From: Rhizodiscina lignyota
Lineage: Eukaryota
Direction of reading: 5' to 3'
Assembly: GCA_010015805.1 (NCBI GenBank)
Contig: ML978122.1
Location: 2,576,453 to 2,640,452 of the forward strand
DNA length: 64,000 bases
Shown here: in pieces, positions 1-13,900 of the stretch
Numbering within the stretch: the first letter of the stretch is position 1
How the letters are laid out: every line of letters starts with the position of its first letter
Translations under genes and position numbers: made by a program
Notes under the pieces: model-generated
Databases searched by the model: none
What the model was told of the DNA's origin: nothing
What the model saw: the letters and a program-made list of their open reading frames with translations, nothing else

Positions 1-1398
1 ACTGCTTCCTGAAGATGGCAACCACTATCCCTCTCTTCGCGAGAAATCCAACGAATAATGAAGAACAATTCCATATCAAGCGGATGATCATGATTTGTAA
101 CCAGAACCTATTTACTTCCGCCAAGAAGTTGGAGGTTTTCAAATTCGTCAGATCAAAGGCTCTTTCAAGGTATGCCAAATAATTTCATTGAGATTTGTGC
201 ACATCTAAGCGATTCTAGATATGGCTGGTATCCAGAAGGACTCAAGCTGCTGAAAGGCAAGGGCCTGAAGAGGAAGGCTGAACAAGACAGCACGCATGCC
301 TTGAGCGACAAGACCGTCGCAGATGTCTGTGAAGCAGCGATTGGCGCATCATTCTTGCAGTACAATGTCCAGGGAGTTTGGAATCCCGACAGTTGGCAGA
401 ATGCCATTACGGCCGTCACGAACCTCGTTCAAAACTCAGATCACACGGCTAAGAAATGGTCTGATTACTATGAGCTGTACAGCGTGCCGGAATTTCATCA
501 CACAAATGCAACCGCAGCTCAGCTCAACATGGCCGCTCAGATTGAGCAAGCCCACTGCTACCACTTCAATTTCCCGAAGCTCCTGCGTTCTGCATTCATG
601 CACCCTTCTCGCTCCACGCAAATCGAAAAGATACCCTCTTACCAGCGTTTGGAATTCCTCGGCGATGCTCTTCTGGATTTGGCCTGCGTCACGCACCTCT
701 TCTACAATTACCCCACGAAAGATCCTCAATGGCTTACCGAGCACAAAACGGCCATGGTGTCGAACAGGTTCCTCGGGGCTGTCTGCGTGAAACTAGGTTT
801 CCATCATCACCTGGTCCATGACTACTCCTCTATTGAGAACAGCATCACAAGCTACGTTCTGGAGGCCACAGAGGCGGAAGCAGATAGCAACGGATCCCCG
901 GATTATTGGACCAGCATTAAAGAGGCGCCAAAATGCTTGCCGGATATCGTGGAATCCTACATCGGAGCCATATTTGTGGACTCGGGATTCAATTACGGAG
1001 AGGTACAGAGGTTCTTCGACGAGCATATCAAACGCTACTTTGAAGATATGACCATCTACGACACCTTCGCCAGCAATCATCCCATTACGCGATTGCATCA
1101 CCTCCTCGCGATCGATTTCGGCTGCCACGACCATTCTATCATGAGCCAGACCGTTCCTCCTCTGGCTGAGGGTATGACGCCAAAGATCATCGCTGGCTTC
1201 TTGGTTCATGGTCAAGTCATCACAGACGATGTTGGAGATTCGGGGAGATATGCGAAGGAAAGAGCGAGTAAGAAAGCTCTCGTGATGCTGCGAGCGCTGG
1301 CACCATCGCAGTTTAGGCGCAAGTACGGTTGTGATTGCAAGGTTGCTGATGATGAGGAGACTGAAGTAGAGGGTCCTGACTTGGGTACTGCTATATGA
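1..1398 (+). CDS. dcl1: Dicer-like protein 1, 3' part (end of RNase IIIa, RNase IIIb, C-terminal dsRBD-like region); gene starts before the window
   Basis: RNase III signatures ADVCEAAIGA, YQRLEFLGDALLD and PDIVESYIGAIFVD; frame from base ~3 (CFLKMATT...MICNQNL) joins through intron 170-218 (GTATGC...CTAAG...TAG); ends CDC as in fungal DCL1. Confidence 0.9.
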
Positions 1399-2220
1399 AT
1401 CATGATAGACTAGTTGGATACCTTTTTCTCAAAAATTGATGAGAATGACATACCTTTCGGTAACACTCGAGCAGTACAAGTGGCCGATCAAATAGTTGCA
1501 AGTAGCAATGCGAAGAGATGGCTCTTGATATTGGTGCATAAGCATTTTCTACAGCTGCCGCGGACCCTGATCAAACAAGTGTACGCTGCTGAGGGATTGA
1601 TTTCTCGAAGTCTATTGATTGGGTTGAACAGATTCCAGATATCACAAGTGTTCCGGTTATAAGCATCCTTATAATGGTCGTCTTGATTCACTTTTACGCA
1701 TACACAGCATTCAATTTCTCAATTGAAGAGTAACACGTATCAAAATACTCGTCGCATGAAACAAGAAAAACCCGTAAAGTCGCCGCAACCTCGCTGAGCA
1801 GGCATCGGATGCCTCGGAATGCCTTTATCGCGAACATGTGGCAGACACTTCCCGTTTCTGATTTGGGTATATTCCTTTGGTTTCGAATACCTTGGTGAGC
1901 ATATCAGTCATAAAATTCACCCAACTCTCAGGAGTCCACGAAAGATCATTGCGGAGGTTCCAGTAATGATCGAATGCTTTGCTGGAATTAGAGCGGCGTC
2001 GGAGCAATACGGCATTTTCGCTGACCAGATATGCGTTTCTAGAGACGAAGGATCCAATCAGTCTCTATGAAGTGTAGATTGATGAGATCAGGTAATATTG
2101 GTTGTCTGTCCTATATAAGAAAGTCTCAAGACAATTCAAAAGCTTTCGTGTCGCCATTCCAACGTCTCTCCGCATAGTTTTCTTCACATCAATACCTACC
2201 ACGAACATCTTCCCTGCATA

Positions 2221-2718
2221 ATGGATCGCCTCATTGCTCAGGATGCTATCATGAAGAGAGTGTATCAATGGGCCGATGCGGAAGATGCTTTGGATCGTGA
2301 ATCGATCGTCTCGCTGTTCATGCCGGAGCAAAAACTCACCCTCGACATGTCTAGCCTCCTCGGCGTGCCATCGATGGAGATAACGCCAGTGCAGTTCTGG
2401 GAGCAAATATACAATTCACTGGCCGGTTTCACAGCGACACAACATCTCATGACAAACCCTCTTTTTACGTTTGATGAAGAGAATCCATTGAAAATGCGGG
2501 TGGTGGTCAATGTCCTGGCTTACCATTGTATCGAGGCAGATGGAAAGCTGGAAAGTGTCACGTCCCGTGGAAAAGAAGAGATAGATTTTGAGATGCACAG
2601 CGGAAAGTGGATGATCAGAGCAATTATCATCAAACCCACAGCTCCGGGGGATAATCCTCAGTTGTACCAGGTGGCAAGTGAGAGAGTTCATAAGGGAGAT
2701 GTCCGGAAAGGGAAATAA
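2221..2718 (+). CDS. SnoaL-like/NTF2-fold protein (scytalone dehydratase-like superfamily)
   Basis: 165-aa ORF with the YQWADAEDALD...ATQHLMTN...WMIRAI pattern typical of SnoaL_4 proteins. Confidence 0.7.
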   Translation: MDRLIAQDAIMKRVYQWADAEDALDRESIVSLFMPEQKLTLDMSSLLGVPSMEITPVQFWEQIYNSLAGFTATQHLMTNPLFTFDEENPLKMRVVVNVLAYHCIEADGKLESVTSRGKEEIDFEMHSGKWMIRAIIIKPTAPGDNPQLYQVASERVHKGDVRKGK

Positions 2719-3226
2719 TGATAAGACGTACTACGATATCGTATCTTTCAAACGCTTGAAATCTCCCTTCGTACCTTCCAAACTGATGATTGCCATGTCT
2801 CCATATCTCTAGCTCCATCGTGTCATCTACAACTTTGAGTACTATTTTTGGATATGTTAATAATGTCGATTCGGATGTCGCCAATTACAGGTCTGAACAG
2901 GTCTTCGATCCTTCGGGATTAGTATTCGGGATTAGTATTCGACTCGCCGAACTAAAAGATCAGACCAACAAACCAGAAAGAAAGACGGTCTGATTTTTAC
3001 TGGCCTGCCCTCCTTGTGTTACTCGTGGATTCGTGGATATACTTCATTACGGCCGAACCTGATCGGGAGATCCTTGAGAGGAGCTGAAACGGGGCGCCCG
3101 AGCCGCTGGAAATGCTTTTGAATTCTACAGGTGGTGGCTATCATACAACTACCGCAGTTCCCTTGATTCCAGTTAGTTTTACTTCATTCTGGTACCGTTC
3201 TTTCTTTAGTCTAAAAAACCTCCACG

Positions 3227-4616
3227 ATGGCGTCTCCGAGCGCTTTCACACTCTCAGCGGAGAAAATAGATCGCATTCGAAACAGTCAGTTCCTTTTCAT
3301 ATAACAAAGTTTGAAATTCAAATAACTTACATAAACAGTAATTGACGCATCGACTTCTGATCCGGAGACTCAACTGCCTAGCTGCGTCGGCGTCCTCGTC
3401 GACCGCAACGGAGATGTCGTCTACTCACATGCTTCTGGATTCAAGGATCTTAGCACCAAAGAGCCGATGACGCTGGAGACCCTGCATTGGTATGCATCGT
3501 GTACGAAACTGGTTACGACGACTGCATGTATGCAACTCGTCGAACGTGGCGTGCTGGATCTTGACGACGAAGATTTGGCAGAGCGCGTGTGTCCCGAGCT
3601 GCAGAACCTCAAAGTACTTGACGGGTTTGACGAAAGCGGGAAGCCGATTTTAGTGGAGAAACAGAACAAGATCACGATGCGCATGCTGCTCACGCACACC
3701 GCTGGATTCTCTTACGTCTCGTTCAGTGAGCCGATACGCAAGGCGCTCCCGGAACGTTACAACGAAATTGAAGGACCCATCGAGTCCATGTGCATCCCGC
3801 TGCTCTTCCAGCCGGGGACAGGTTGGAACTATGGCATCAACACTGATTTCGTGGGCTTCATTGTAGAGCGATTGAGTGGGTTGAGGTTGGAGGACTACTT
3901 CCAGCGGAACATCTTCCAACCGCTCGGAATCACTGATAATACCATGTTCCCGCAAGGTGAGCAATTAGAAAGAATCGGCACACTGCATCTTCGCAACCCG
4001 GTGGATGGAAAGGTCATTCCAATTCCCCATCTCTACGGCCGACATTTAGAGTCGACAGATTCGCAGTGCCATGGCGGAACATCGACATTCGGACTCCCGG
4101 CGCAGTACATGAAGCTGCTGGCTGCGCTACTCAACAATGGGAAGAGCCCGAAAACCGGCCAACAAATCCTGAATCCGCATACTGTGGATCTAATGTTCAC
4201 CGCTCAAACGCCACAGTTCACAAAGGGTGGCGTGAAGGGCCAGAAAGGCGGCTTACCGTTCGTTATCAACGACTCGGAGCAGCTCTGCATGCCGGGAAGG
4301 CAGAGTAAAACGCAGGGGTGGAGTTTTGCAGGTATGGTGGAAGACGATCATGAGAATCGCGAGCCAAATAGAGTGGCTATGAATGATGAGACGACCCTGC
4401 CGTGCGGCGAGAATACAGTGTGGTGGGCAGGCGTTCCGAACTTGTACTGGTGGATTGATAGAGAAACAGGCGTCGCCGGAATTGTGGGAACGCATATGAT
4501 GCCGTGGCTAGGTAAGTAAACTCATCCAATTTCTTGGAACCGTTGACTGATCGTTGGCAGATCCGAAAGCACTGAACACTTGGAAAGAGGTGCTAGAGGT
4601 CGTTTACAGCAGCTGA
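3227..4616 (+). CDS. Beta-lactamase-family serine hydrolase/transesterase (LovD-like)
   Basis: SxxK motif ASCTK, LLTHTAG, PGTGWNYG, WWAGVPNLYWWID; ATG 3227, intron from ~3285 (GTCAGT), last intron 4512-4560, stop 4616. Confidence 0.85.
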
Positions 4617-4695
4617 TGTTGTAGATGCTGTCCCAGGGAGCGCAGGAGCGCTGGTACGAGAGTACTATTCACTCACTCTAATGCTAAACGCCAGC

Positions 4696-7600
4696 TCAAT
4701 GCAGCCTTCTCAGTCCTTCGATCAAGCTTCTGAACCATTCTGCATCTAGACTCTGTCCCTCGCCACCCACGTCCATATTCGTAGTGATGCCCTTTAGCTT
4801 ATCGGCCACTTCTTCCTGTATATCCGCCGGCATGTCCAAGAATTTCTCCACTAGCTCCCCATCGACAAAGCGCACGGGAGCTTCCATCTGACGTACTTGA
4901 GTCTTGTAGGCTCTGAAAGTGTCGAATGGAATGAGGCCTGGCGACTGAACGTAATCCGTAAGAATGGTCTGTAGTTCCATGAGGAGATTGAGGTAGCGAC
5001 GTGTGATAAGCGCGAAGAGATAGATAGATCCCTCAACCTGCGTAACAACTACATTAGCCCTGTACAAATGACGAGTCAACTGATTGCTTACCGTAGCCAA
5101 GAACGCCTTTGGCGCCACTACCGCCGTTTCTGCAGCAGCAACATCGACCTTTCTCATCCTATTCACCATCTCGCCCAGATTCATCTCCGCCTCGACTCTC
5201 ATGGTCCTCTTATCTTCCTCAGTCACACCATCGACTTGGCGTGCCATCAGCAGCAAATTGCCCTCTGCGTCAGACTCCAGGTACTTGTTTTCGCCGACTT
5301 CTGCAACACTCGTCCCCCATACTGCCTGAAAATGCCCAGCAACCTCTTTCAGGATATCCGCATCTCTTCCAGCTTCGTGGTGCAGCAAGCTCACACTCTT
5401 CATCAGATCCGCAACGGCAATGATGTCTCCCGCTATCGTCAAATCGATCGGGGCCGTGCTCGTTCTGTACGCCGCCTTTCTCTCGATCGTCGGACTTGAG
5501 CCGTGCTGGTGCTGAAACTGGTAGACCGCAATGGTCTTCATCAAGCCGGCCACGATCCTGCCTTGAGACATCGCAAGGCATCGGCAGGCACCTTTGACTG
5601 CGTTCTCCGTTACAAGCTTCAGTACCCTATCTTCCGTCACCTCGAATACCAGCATTCGCCCCTTGACTACATCTCCTTCTCCTGGCTCTTCTAGATATGC
5701 CGTGCCCACGACAAATCTCTCACTCAAGCCTCCATTTCCATCTTCGAGTTCGCACCTCATCACACTCTCGACAAGCTCGTCCCTATTCAGGCTGTAGTCA
5801 TCCAGCTCTCTGAACACAATTTCATCGACTATCTTGAAGCTGCTTTCAACAATCTCCGCGCCGTCAACTAGCGTTCGTTTGATCGTCCCCATGCCGAACA
5901 CCTTCAGAGCCCCACTGTAGGCTATCCGCCTTACAGTCTCGTTCACAATGAGTGTCTGGACGTGAGTGGTTCGCTCTTTATCAATTAGCGCGATCCTCAG
6001 ATCTTCATTTGTCGCAATGGCAACCGCATCAGGGTACGCGACAGCGTCGAATGCGCATACGCAAGTCGCCTTCTCCGCCGTGACGGTAGAGTACACGAGT
6101 CGTCCTTCTGAGGCGTAGATTAAGCTTGGCTGCTCGCAGACCGCAAAGACGGAAGACAGTCCATCGCCACGGGGAAGCTCTTTGAAGGAGGCTTGCTGCG
6201 TGCCCAGTACGATCGACTTGCGGCCGGAGAGCGCGAAAGACTTAGGGTCGAGTGAATAGGTGATGACATTGCCATCTGCCATGGCGATGAAAAGAGTGGG
6301 TGGAGCGGACGAAAATATGTGGGTTAAGAGGAGCGAGCGAGGGACGGAGACGTTTGCCTCGTCGACGACCACCGTGGTGTGAATGGGATCGAGAGTTGAG
6401 AGATCGACAATTGAGACCTGAGCGTTTGCCCAGAAGCCAACTAATGCTATCGATGGCATTGAGGGTGATATCGTTATGCAAGCAATTTGCCCTTGGGCTG
6501 GGTAAGACTTTTGCGCAATGACTGAGAAATTGTTGGACAGGTCAAGAACAGTAAGATCGGTGCTTCCAACGGAGAGGAGAAGGTGGGTGGAAGTGGCTGA
6601 TACGGCGGTGATTGCTTCGCCATCTGACGGGGTCCATTCAGCCACGGTCATACCAGAATCGACTTCTGTAAGCTTGGCGGCAGAGCTAGTAACTTGGAGA
6701 AGACGGCCTTGAGGTAGAGAGCTTGCGTGCAGAGTCTGTTGGTTCAAGGAGAGACCAGCAAAGTCTGCGACCTCCTCTACTTCACCATCGTCACTGAAGC
6801 GGAAGATGCGAGTCTCGTCAATAAAGGTGACGATTAGCGTATCGACCTCCAATGATGAAGCGTTGGATTGAACACTGAAGACGTCTGTGATATTGTTCAT
6901 TTCACCGAGCATCCCGAGGTCTTCGAGGCCAACTCCACTCCGGACGCTGCGCAAGCTGCCATCCTTCCAAGCACCACTACCCGTGACGATGCGTGCTTGG
7001 CCGGACGAGTACTCGTTCGTTTGACCTTCCCCTGAGCGGTTGCCCAAGTCCATGATTGTGAAGTCAAGGATGGGTGCAATATTTGAAAACGTTTGGATCA
7101 CTTCCATCGATCGTTCTTGAATCCTAATCACTTGAGAATCGCCTTGGTGGGATCCAACAAAGATGTGGCCGGCATCCAGATACACCAATGTAGATGCACG
7201 AGACGTCTCTCCAATGATATCGAGCTGCCAGTGGTCCACTGCACCGTCATCATCCACCATAAGCATAAGTAGATATAGCCTGCCGTAGTCATCGGCAAGC
7301 ACAAATCGCTGATTGTCCACCTGTGCCCATGCACAGAAAATGGTTGCCTCATCTAACGGCCGGACCAACGGCTCGGCACCAAGATCATTCTGTGACTCAT
7401 GATAGTAGGTTATAGACGTCTCCCCGAGAATGAGCAAGCCTCCAACGGGTTCCGAAATTGGTATCAGATGGCTGGCTCCAAGTTCTAAGAGGCGATCTCC
7501 ACCTTCCAAATCTTTAAATTCGACACCTCCGGTGTCGTTCTTCCCAGCAGGTGTGTACCACAGTTCCGTGATCTTCAATCGTACCTTCGAGTGTGAGTCT

Positions 7601-8266
7601 TGGTATACGAGGGCCAACTGCGGCTTCTGCTTTTCATTCCGGCCGTCTCTTTGTAGAAATGCTGAAGATCGCACGAAGAGTTCCTCGATCCTCGCTGGCA
7701 TCGGCTCGCCCAACATGCCAATCTCCTCTGATTTGTTGCTCTTGTGCACGATTGGCAACACTGTTATTATCCCTTCAAAGACTTCCAGTGTCATGAAACG
7801 CCCACTTGGGTCGATGTGTGAGCGATCTCCGGTTTGAGATTCTCGAGCTGTGCGTTCTGCAAGGTCGACATAGCTCCGCTCTGTCCGGAATTGCCGTGTG
7901 CCTGGGTCCCATGAGAGCGTAAAGTACATAAAACGATCTGTGCCGACAAAGAGGTGGTCCGTCGAGGACGAGGCCGGCCGGATTTTATTAAGGATTGTGA
8001 CTTTGCCGTAGATAGCACGCGAGTGCTGGAGTGTGAGAGCGTCATCGTCGTTCTGCGTGTATATTTCCAGACGATTCGCTTTCCTATGAGCCCATAAGTA
8101 CCAGCTCACTTCCAACTCCATATACAGAGCTCATTGATCTTGGCACAAGGTGTAGAAGAGCTTGATCTTACGCGACGACTAAACACTCATTATCCGGCTC
8201 CAGAAGCTGCAGCTTGAGCGCATGGCGCACGCTGCTGGGCCTGTGGATTGGCACGATGTACGCCAT
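4696..8266 (-). CDS. ddb1: DNA damage-binding protein 1 (CUL4-DDB1 adaptor)
   Basis: N-terminus MAYIVPIHRPSSVRHA, 1141-aa main ORF with NIAPILDF, GSLRSVRSGVG, FVDGELVEKFLD; intron near 8085-8171 and an in-frame 54-nt intron 5038-5091. Confidence 0.93.
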
Positions 8267-8746
8267 GGCCGTGTGTGATGCTCCACTGCGTGAACTGTGA
8301 CTTGTAGTGGAGTGGAGCTGCGAGAAGAGCACGACTCGCTGACTCGCTGAGGAAAGAGCTCAAGCGCGGATAACGCGAAGTGACGCCCTGACGTACGCGA
8401 TTCATTTCGTCCGGCCGAAATATCCCCGTTTATCTCGATAAGATTTGACCGGAGAACTTCCCTTCAGGGAATCATTACCAAGAGATATCCTGCTCCCGTA
8501 TACCGAATTACCGAACTCATATCACTAGTCTTCGTAGTCTTCTCCATCTACGGAGTAGTTCCGGGATTTAGTCGTGTCTTAGTCCCCAAACGCATTCAGC
8601 GCTTTCCTAAAATGGCAATGTCCAGTCCGCCTACATTTTCGAACGGCGGCACCATTTGATGGTACGGAGTACGTATATAATCTGTCTAAGCCCTAGCTAT
8701 TTGCCAATTAGAGACCATGAGCATGATCTAAATTGAAAACGTCGCA

Positions 8747-10824
8747 ATGGTGAGCTATGCCCTCAAACTTTATCTCTGCATCTTGTCTTATGTTTCGACT
8801 AGTCTTCTCAACTAAGCATAGTCGACGCGAGTATCGAAGATCACAGACAAGCATTGACTTCGGGTAACATCACGAGCGTAGAGCTGGTAGTCAAATACCT
8901 CATCCGCATCGCGACGTATGATATCCGTAGGGGTCTAAATGCATTCACCGTCTTCAACCCGAACGTGCTCGACGAGGCACAAGCCTCCGATGACCGAAGA
9001 GCGGCAGGATTGCCTCCCAGACTGTTAGAGGGCATTCCGTATACCCTCAAAGACAGTTACAAGTACAAAGGCATGACCGTGACGAATGGGTCGCCCGCTC
9101 TCATTGGCCTTGAATCCAGCGAAGACGCTCCTATTGCCGCGAGGCTTCGCGCCGCTGGTGCGGTGCTGATCGGAAAGACTAACATGCCCCCCATGGCAGC
9201 CGGTGGAATGCAGAGAGGCCTTTACGGTAGAGCAGAAAGTCCGTACAATGAAAAATACCTGACAGGGGGGTTTTCGTCGGGATCTTCGAACGGGGCAGCT
9301 ACGTCGACTACTAGTGGCATGGCAGTTTTTGGCATGGGCTCAGAGACTGTGTCTTCTGGAAGATCGCCTGCATCGAATAATGCTCTGATCGCATATACAC
9401 CGTCGAGAGGTATCCTGTCTTGCCGAGGACTCTGGCCTCTCTACGTGACCTGTGACGTTCCGGTGCCGTACGCAAGAAACATGAAGGACATGCTTGATAT
9501 CCTTGCGGTCATCACCAAGCCTGACGAGGAGAGTAAAGGCGATTTCTGGAGGGAACAAACTCATGTCACGCTGCCTCAACCCCCGAAGATTGACTACCAA
9601 AGCCTTGCACAACCTCAATCATTAAGAGGTAAACGCATCGGGGTCCCCAAAATGTACATTGGAGAAAAAGATTCAAATCCGCACACGAAACCTACAGTAG
9701 TCGGCAACAGCGTGAGGCACCTATTCCACGTGGCCCAGACAGACCTCGAAGCGCTTGGAGCCGAAGTCGTGTACACAGACTTTCCTCTTGTAACCAATTA
9801 CGAAGACGAAACTATATGCGGCGAGACTAACAATGTCATCGGCCTGCCGCAAGGATGGAATCAGTGGGAGCGCGGATTGATCTGCGCAAAGGCGTGGGAT
9901 GACTTTCTCAAACAGAACAACGACAGTAAAATTCCGGATCTCTCAGCTGTGGACCCTCTCCTTCTCTTTCCCAAGCCAAAAGGTTACATCCCGGATACCT
10001 TCATCGAAGTCAAGAACTGGATCGACTACGCCGGACTTCCGAAGCTCGCTGCGGAATACAGAGATTCTCCACTGCTAGAATTGCCTGGCGTGAAGCAAGC
10101 TTTAGCAAGTCTCGAAGCTCAGCGGAAGCGAGACTTAGAGGACTGGATGGACGAGCAAAAGCTGGACTGTGTCGTCTTCCCAGCTCAGGGGGACGTCGGA
10201 CTGGCAGATCTAGAGTTCAACCTCGCAAGCGCGGAACACTCGCTTCAAAATGGCGTCAAATATTCAAACGGCAACCGAGCCATTCGACATCTGGGAGTAC
10301 CCACTGTGAATGTTCCAATGGGCGTGATGCCAGAGCAGCAAATGCCCTTGAACTTGACGTTTGCAGGGAAGGCGTATGAAGACGCGAAGTTACTGGAGTA
10401 TGCTTACGCGTATGAACAACAGAGCCAGAGACGGACAACGCCACCTTTGACTCCAGCTTTGGCGACGGATGCTTTATCGGGTCCTCCAAGGACTTCAAGA
10501 AGGTCCCCAGGCCGCAGACAAGAGCTGACAGCCTCTGTAGAAACTCAACGTCATGGCGACACAAGATTAAAATTGCATCTATCAGGCTCGATAAATGTTG
10601 AAAATGGGGCTTCCGTAATTGTGGAGGTGTACTTGGACGGGATGCGAGTGTGGGATGCGCAAATCAATAATAACTCTTACCACACAGCTCTGGACTACAT
10701 ACCTCATGACGTAGTTAGACTGGGATGGGATCTAGAGCCTCTTCCGCCGCGGCCTGTCATGGTTCTTGTCGTAGCGAGGTCAGAGGGTGTCGTAACTGCC
10801 GCGAAGCTGCTATGGGCTGAATAG
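8747..10824 (+). CDS. Amidase-signature family enzyme
   Basis: GIPYTLKDS (catalytic Lys), GKTNMP, SSGSSNG, GSETVSSGRSPAS; ATG 8747 followed directly by a GTGAGC...TAG intron. Confidence 0.88.
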
Positions 10825-10908
10825 CACAAACAGTATGAAATTTGTAACCAGCGGTGATAACCCTTGCTATTCCACTTGTTTCCGCTTCACACTTGACATG
10901 TGTCGTTA

Positions 10909-13900
10909 TTAATAACACGTTCTTTGCGTCCAACACCCTCCACACTCTTGTTGATAATGTAGACACCCATATTCCCAATAATGTGCAGCGCGAAGGTCGC
11001 CTTCGTCCTCGATTAACCCAACCCTTGCGCCTTTGCTCCAAAGAAAGCTGACAATATCAAAATGGCGCATATACCAAGCATTACGAAGTGCAGTCCCATG
11101 TCTACCCCCAATCATGTCAATGCCTGCTCCATATTCAACAAGCACTTGTACCATGTCCAGATCTCCGATGTAAGACACAAAGCATAACGGCGTACTATTG
11201 TCAGTCGCCAGGCCCCTGAGCCTCAGCATCCTTGCTCGGGATGTCTTGTTGAGAGCATTCAGAGCGGTGAGTATGAATGGAGCAGACACAAGGCATGCGC
11301 TATGAAGGATTGTTTGGTTAGTGCATGATATAGCCGTTAGATCCGCACCTTTTTGAATGAACAACTCCAATGCCGCTATGTCCTTACAGAAGACAACTGG
11401 GGGAGTGCCGAAGTGGTTAAGTTGGTCGATGGGACCTCCACTCCGGATCAGAAGGTCCAGTAACTGGGCATTTGATGCCAGATTGTGCGCTGCCGTGTCC
11501 CCACTTATGTCGGATGCCGATAGATTTGCCCCATAATGAATGAGAAGTTCTAGGATCTGAGGTGATGAATGTGAACCAGAGACTAATAAGAGTGGTGTAT
11601 CGCCGTCAATGTCGGGAATGTCTAGATTGGCCTCAGAGGTGCAGAGAAGACGAACTATGTCGACATCATCATTGCTAACAGCAAGGTGGAGCGCTGTGCC
11701 GTGGTGGCACTTCTGTGTCGCGTCGAGATCTGCTCCACTCGCTATGAGCGCTTTCAGGAGCCGCATTTGTCTCTTAAAGACTGCGAGATGAATTGGCTTT
11801 ACTCCAGCTTTTACTTTGAGGCCACACTGTGAGCATGTAGAACTCTCCAGACCTCCAGAAGTTTCAAGTAAAGCAGTGGCCATTTCTTCGCAGTCGTAAA
11901 TTGATGCAAGTAACAGTGGCGAACAGGAACAACAGCTAGGAGTCCTTTCTGACCCTTGGGGGTGACCGAGCTCAGAGAACCAAGGATTCCCATCATAGTC
12001 TAGATCCTTGCTGAGAGAAACACATAGTTCTAAATCATCATCTCTAATTGCTTGGAGCAACATTTCTCGTTTCGATGTAGGTTCAGAAATCTGCATAAAA
12101 TCCGGAGACACGTTATCTAAAAATTGTTAAAAACTGCCAGCCATTCGAGGAAAATACTGACGTTGAGTGATATCGCCCCCTGATTCTTGGGCCATCGTGA
12201 TTGCTTCGGAATGCCCCGCAATATTCCCTCCAGCATTAGTTAGAATCTCGCAGATAGCAGGTTTGTTGTGTTGAATTGCAACTTGGAGTGGAGTCAATCC
12301 TTGATCGGTTTGTATGTTCGGATTTGCACCAGCTCTGATCAGTACCTCGCAAATATCGCGTTGATCGCACATCGCGGCGAAATGCAGGGCACCATAACCG
12401 TCCTCAGTTTGAGCGTCAATGTCGAAGGGATACTTTATGATCTGTTGCAGTTGTTCTTGGTGTGGTTTGCATATTTCAAGGATCCATTTCAGAGCTTCGA
12501 TGTTGCCATTTATTGATAGCATGTGAATCGGCCGTTCTTTTTTAAGAACCGATGTTGTATCATTGTAAGTGAAACTAGCAGTAGCTCCACTGTGGTCGAG
12601 AGACAAGCATTGTCGCCTAATTTCAGGCTCCTGCGCAAGTGCACGCCTCCAACACATGAAATGAAGCAGAGACAACCCTTCTAAATTGGTTCTGGATGAA
12701 TCTGCACCGAGGGAAAGAAGAAGGAGGACGACAGGAATGTTTGCCGAGTCCGCAGCTTGTAGCAAGGGTGTTGTCCATATGCTAGAGTATAAGGAATTTA
12801 TAGTTGCTTGAACGTCTTGCCCAGCATCTACCATCGCCTGCACAACTTCAGCTTTTCCATTGGCGCAAGCCAAGGACCAGCAATCCTTCCCATCAAATGT
12901 TTTTAAGCGGAGCCTTTCAGCTGCAGTGACGACAAATACTCTTGCAATTTCTGGGTCTCCGATCAGGGCCACCGCATAGTGAATTGGTAGATATCCGCTC
13001 TTATCGTGCACGTTGCAGTTGATAATGTCTGGAAGAAGCTTAAGGAAAATGGCTGTGAAAGAGCGTTTGTTTCGTAAGCTCTCGTACCCGAACGAGCATT
13101 GGCAAACTTTGTGAAACAACGTTTTGCCGAACCTGTCGCGAGCCAGGAGATCGAGACTGAGAGATTTTTCGTTCTCAAGGAGCCAGAGGGCTGTGTTCAT
13201 CGGCGGCGTGCCACGAGTTGCGGAGTCGGGATAATTGCAAAACATGCTCATTAGGGGAGTCGAGCCGCTGTAATCGGCCAAATTAAGCTTTGCACCAGCC
13301 TTAAGCAGTAATTTGAACAGCTCCAGATTGTATGCAGTCTGATTACATAAAACCGAGAGAACGTGATGGAGGACTGTGAATCCGGTGTTATCTTGTAAGT
13401 TCAAACTCCTGTTTCCGGAGTCCGTATTGATCAGTAATCTAATCGCTTCCAGAAGGAAGTGTCGTTGACCTTCTATCGGCTGCCAAGTTTGACCATCCAC
13501 AGGTCTCAGAGTGCATATTGACATAAGGACCGTGTTTCCCAGAGCGTTTCTGATGCTTAAATCAAACGTAGGATCTAGAGACAAGAACTCCACATGTCTC
13601 AATGTCGCCAGACTTAGTTCAGGGAAACACCATCGATGCAGTGGAGTCAAACCATCTGAACATCGGTGTTTCATTGCGGCATGTTTGCCGTTTCGCAACC
13701 TTTCATTTTCAGATATGGACTTCCAAATAGCTGTTGCCAGGTCTAATGGATATTGAAAGATGAAATGGACGATAGGCGTGCTGTCGAGCTCCGAGACCAG
13801 TGAGGTTTCTGCATCGAGGAGAAAGTAGCACTTCCTAAGAAATTCCTCTCGACAATTGTCACAGCCGTCAGCTATGTAGCAATTGGAGAAACAACTTATT

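Noticed and set aside
2912..2941. 13-bp tandem duplication TTCGGGATTAGTA
   Set aside because: Only two copies, no spacers, no further support for function; not CRISPR-like
2221..4616. SnoaL-like and LovD-like genes as members of the halogenase cluster
   Set aside because: Separated from it by about 14 kb including housekeeping DDB1
1..8266. Dicer-DDB1 proximity as a dedicated silencing locus
   Set aside because: Both are conserved housekeeping genes with unrelated genes between them; adjacency alone is not evidence
10909..12111. Separate 400-aa ankyrin gene
   Set aside because: A 45-nt intron joins it in frame to the upstream NACHT ORF
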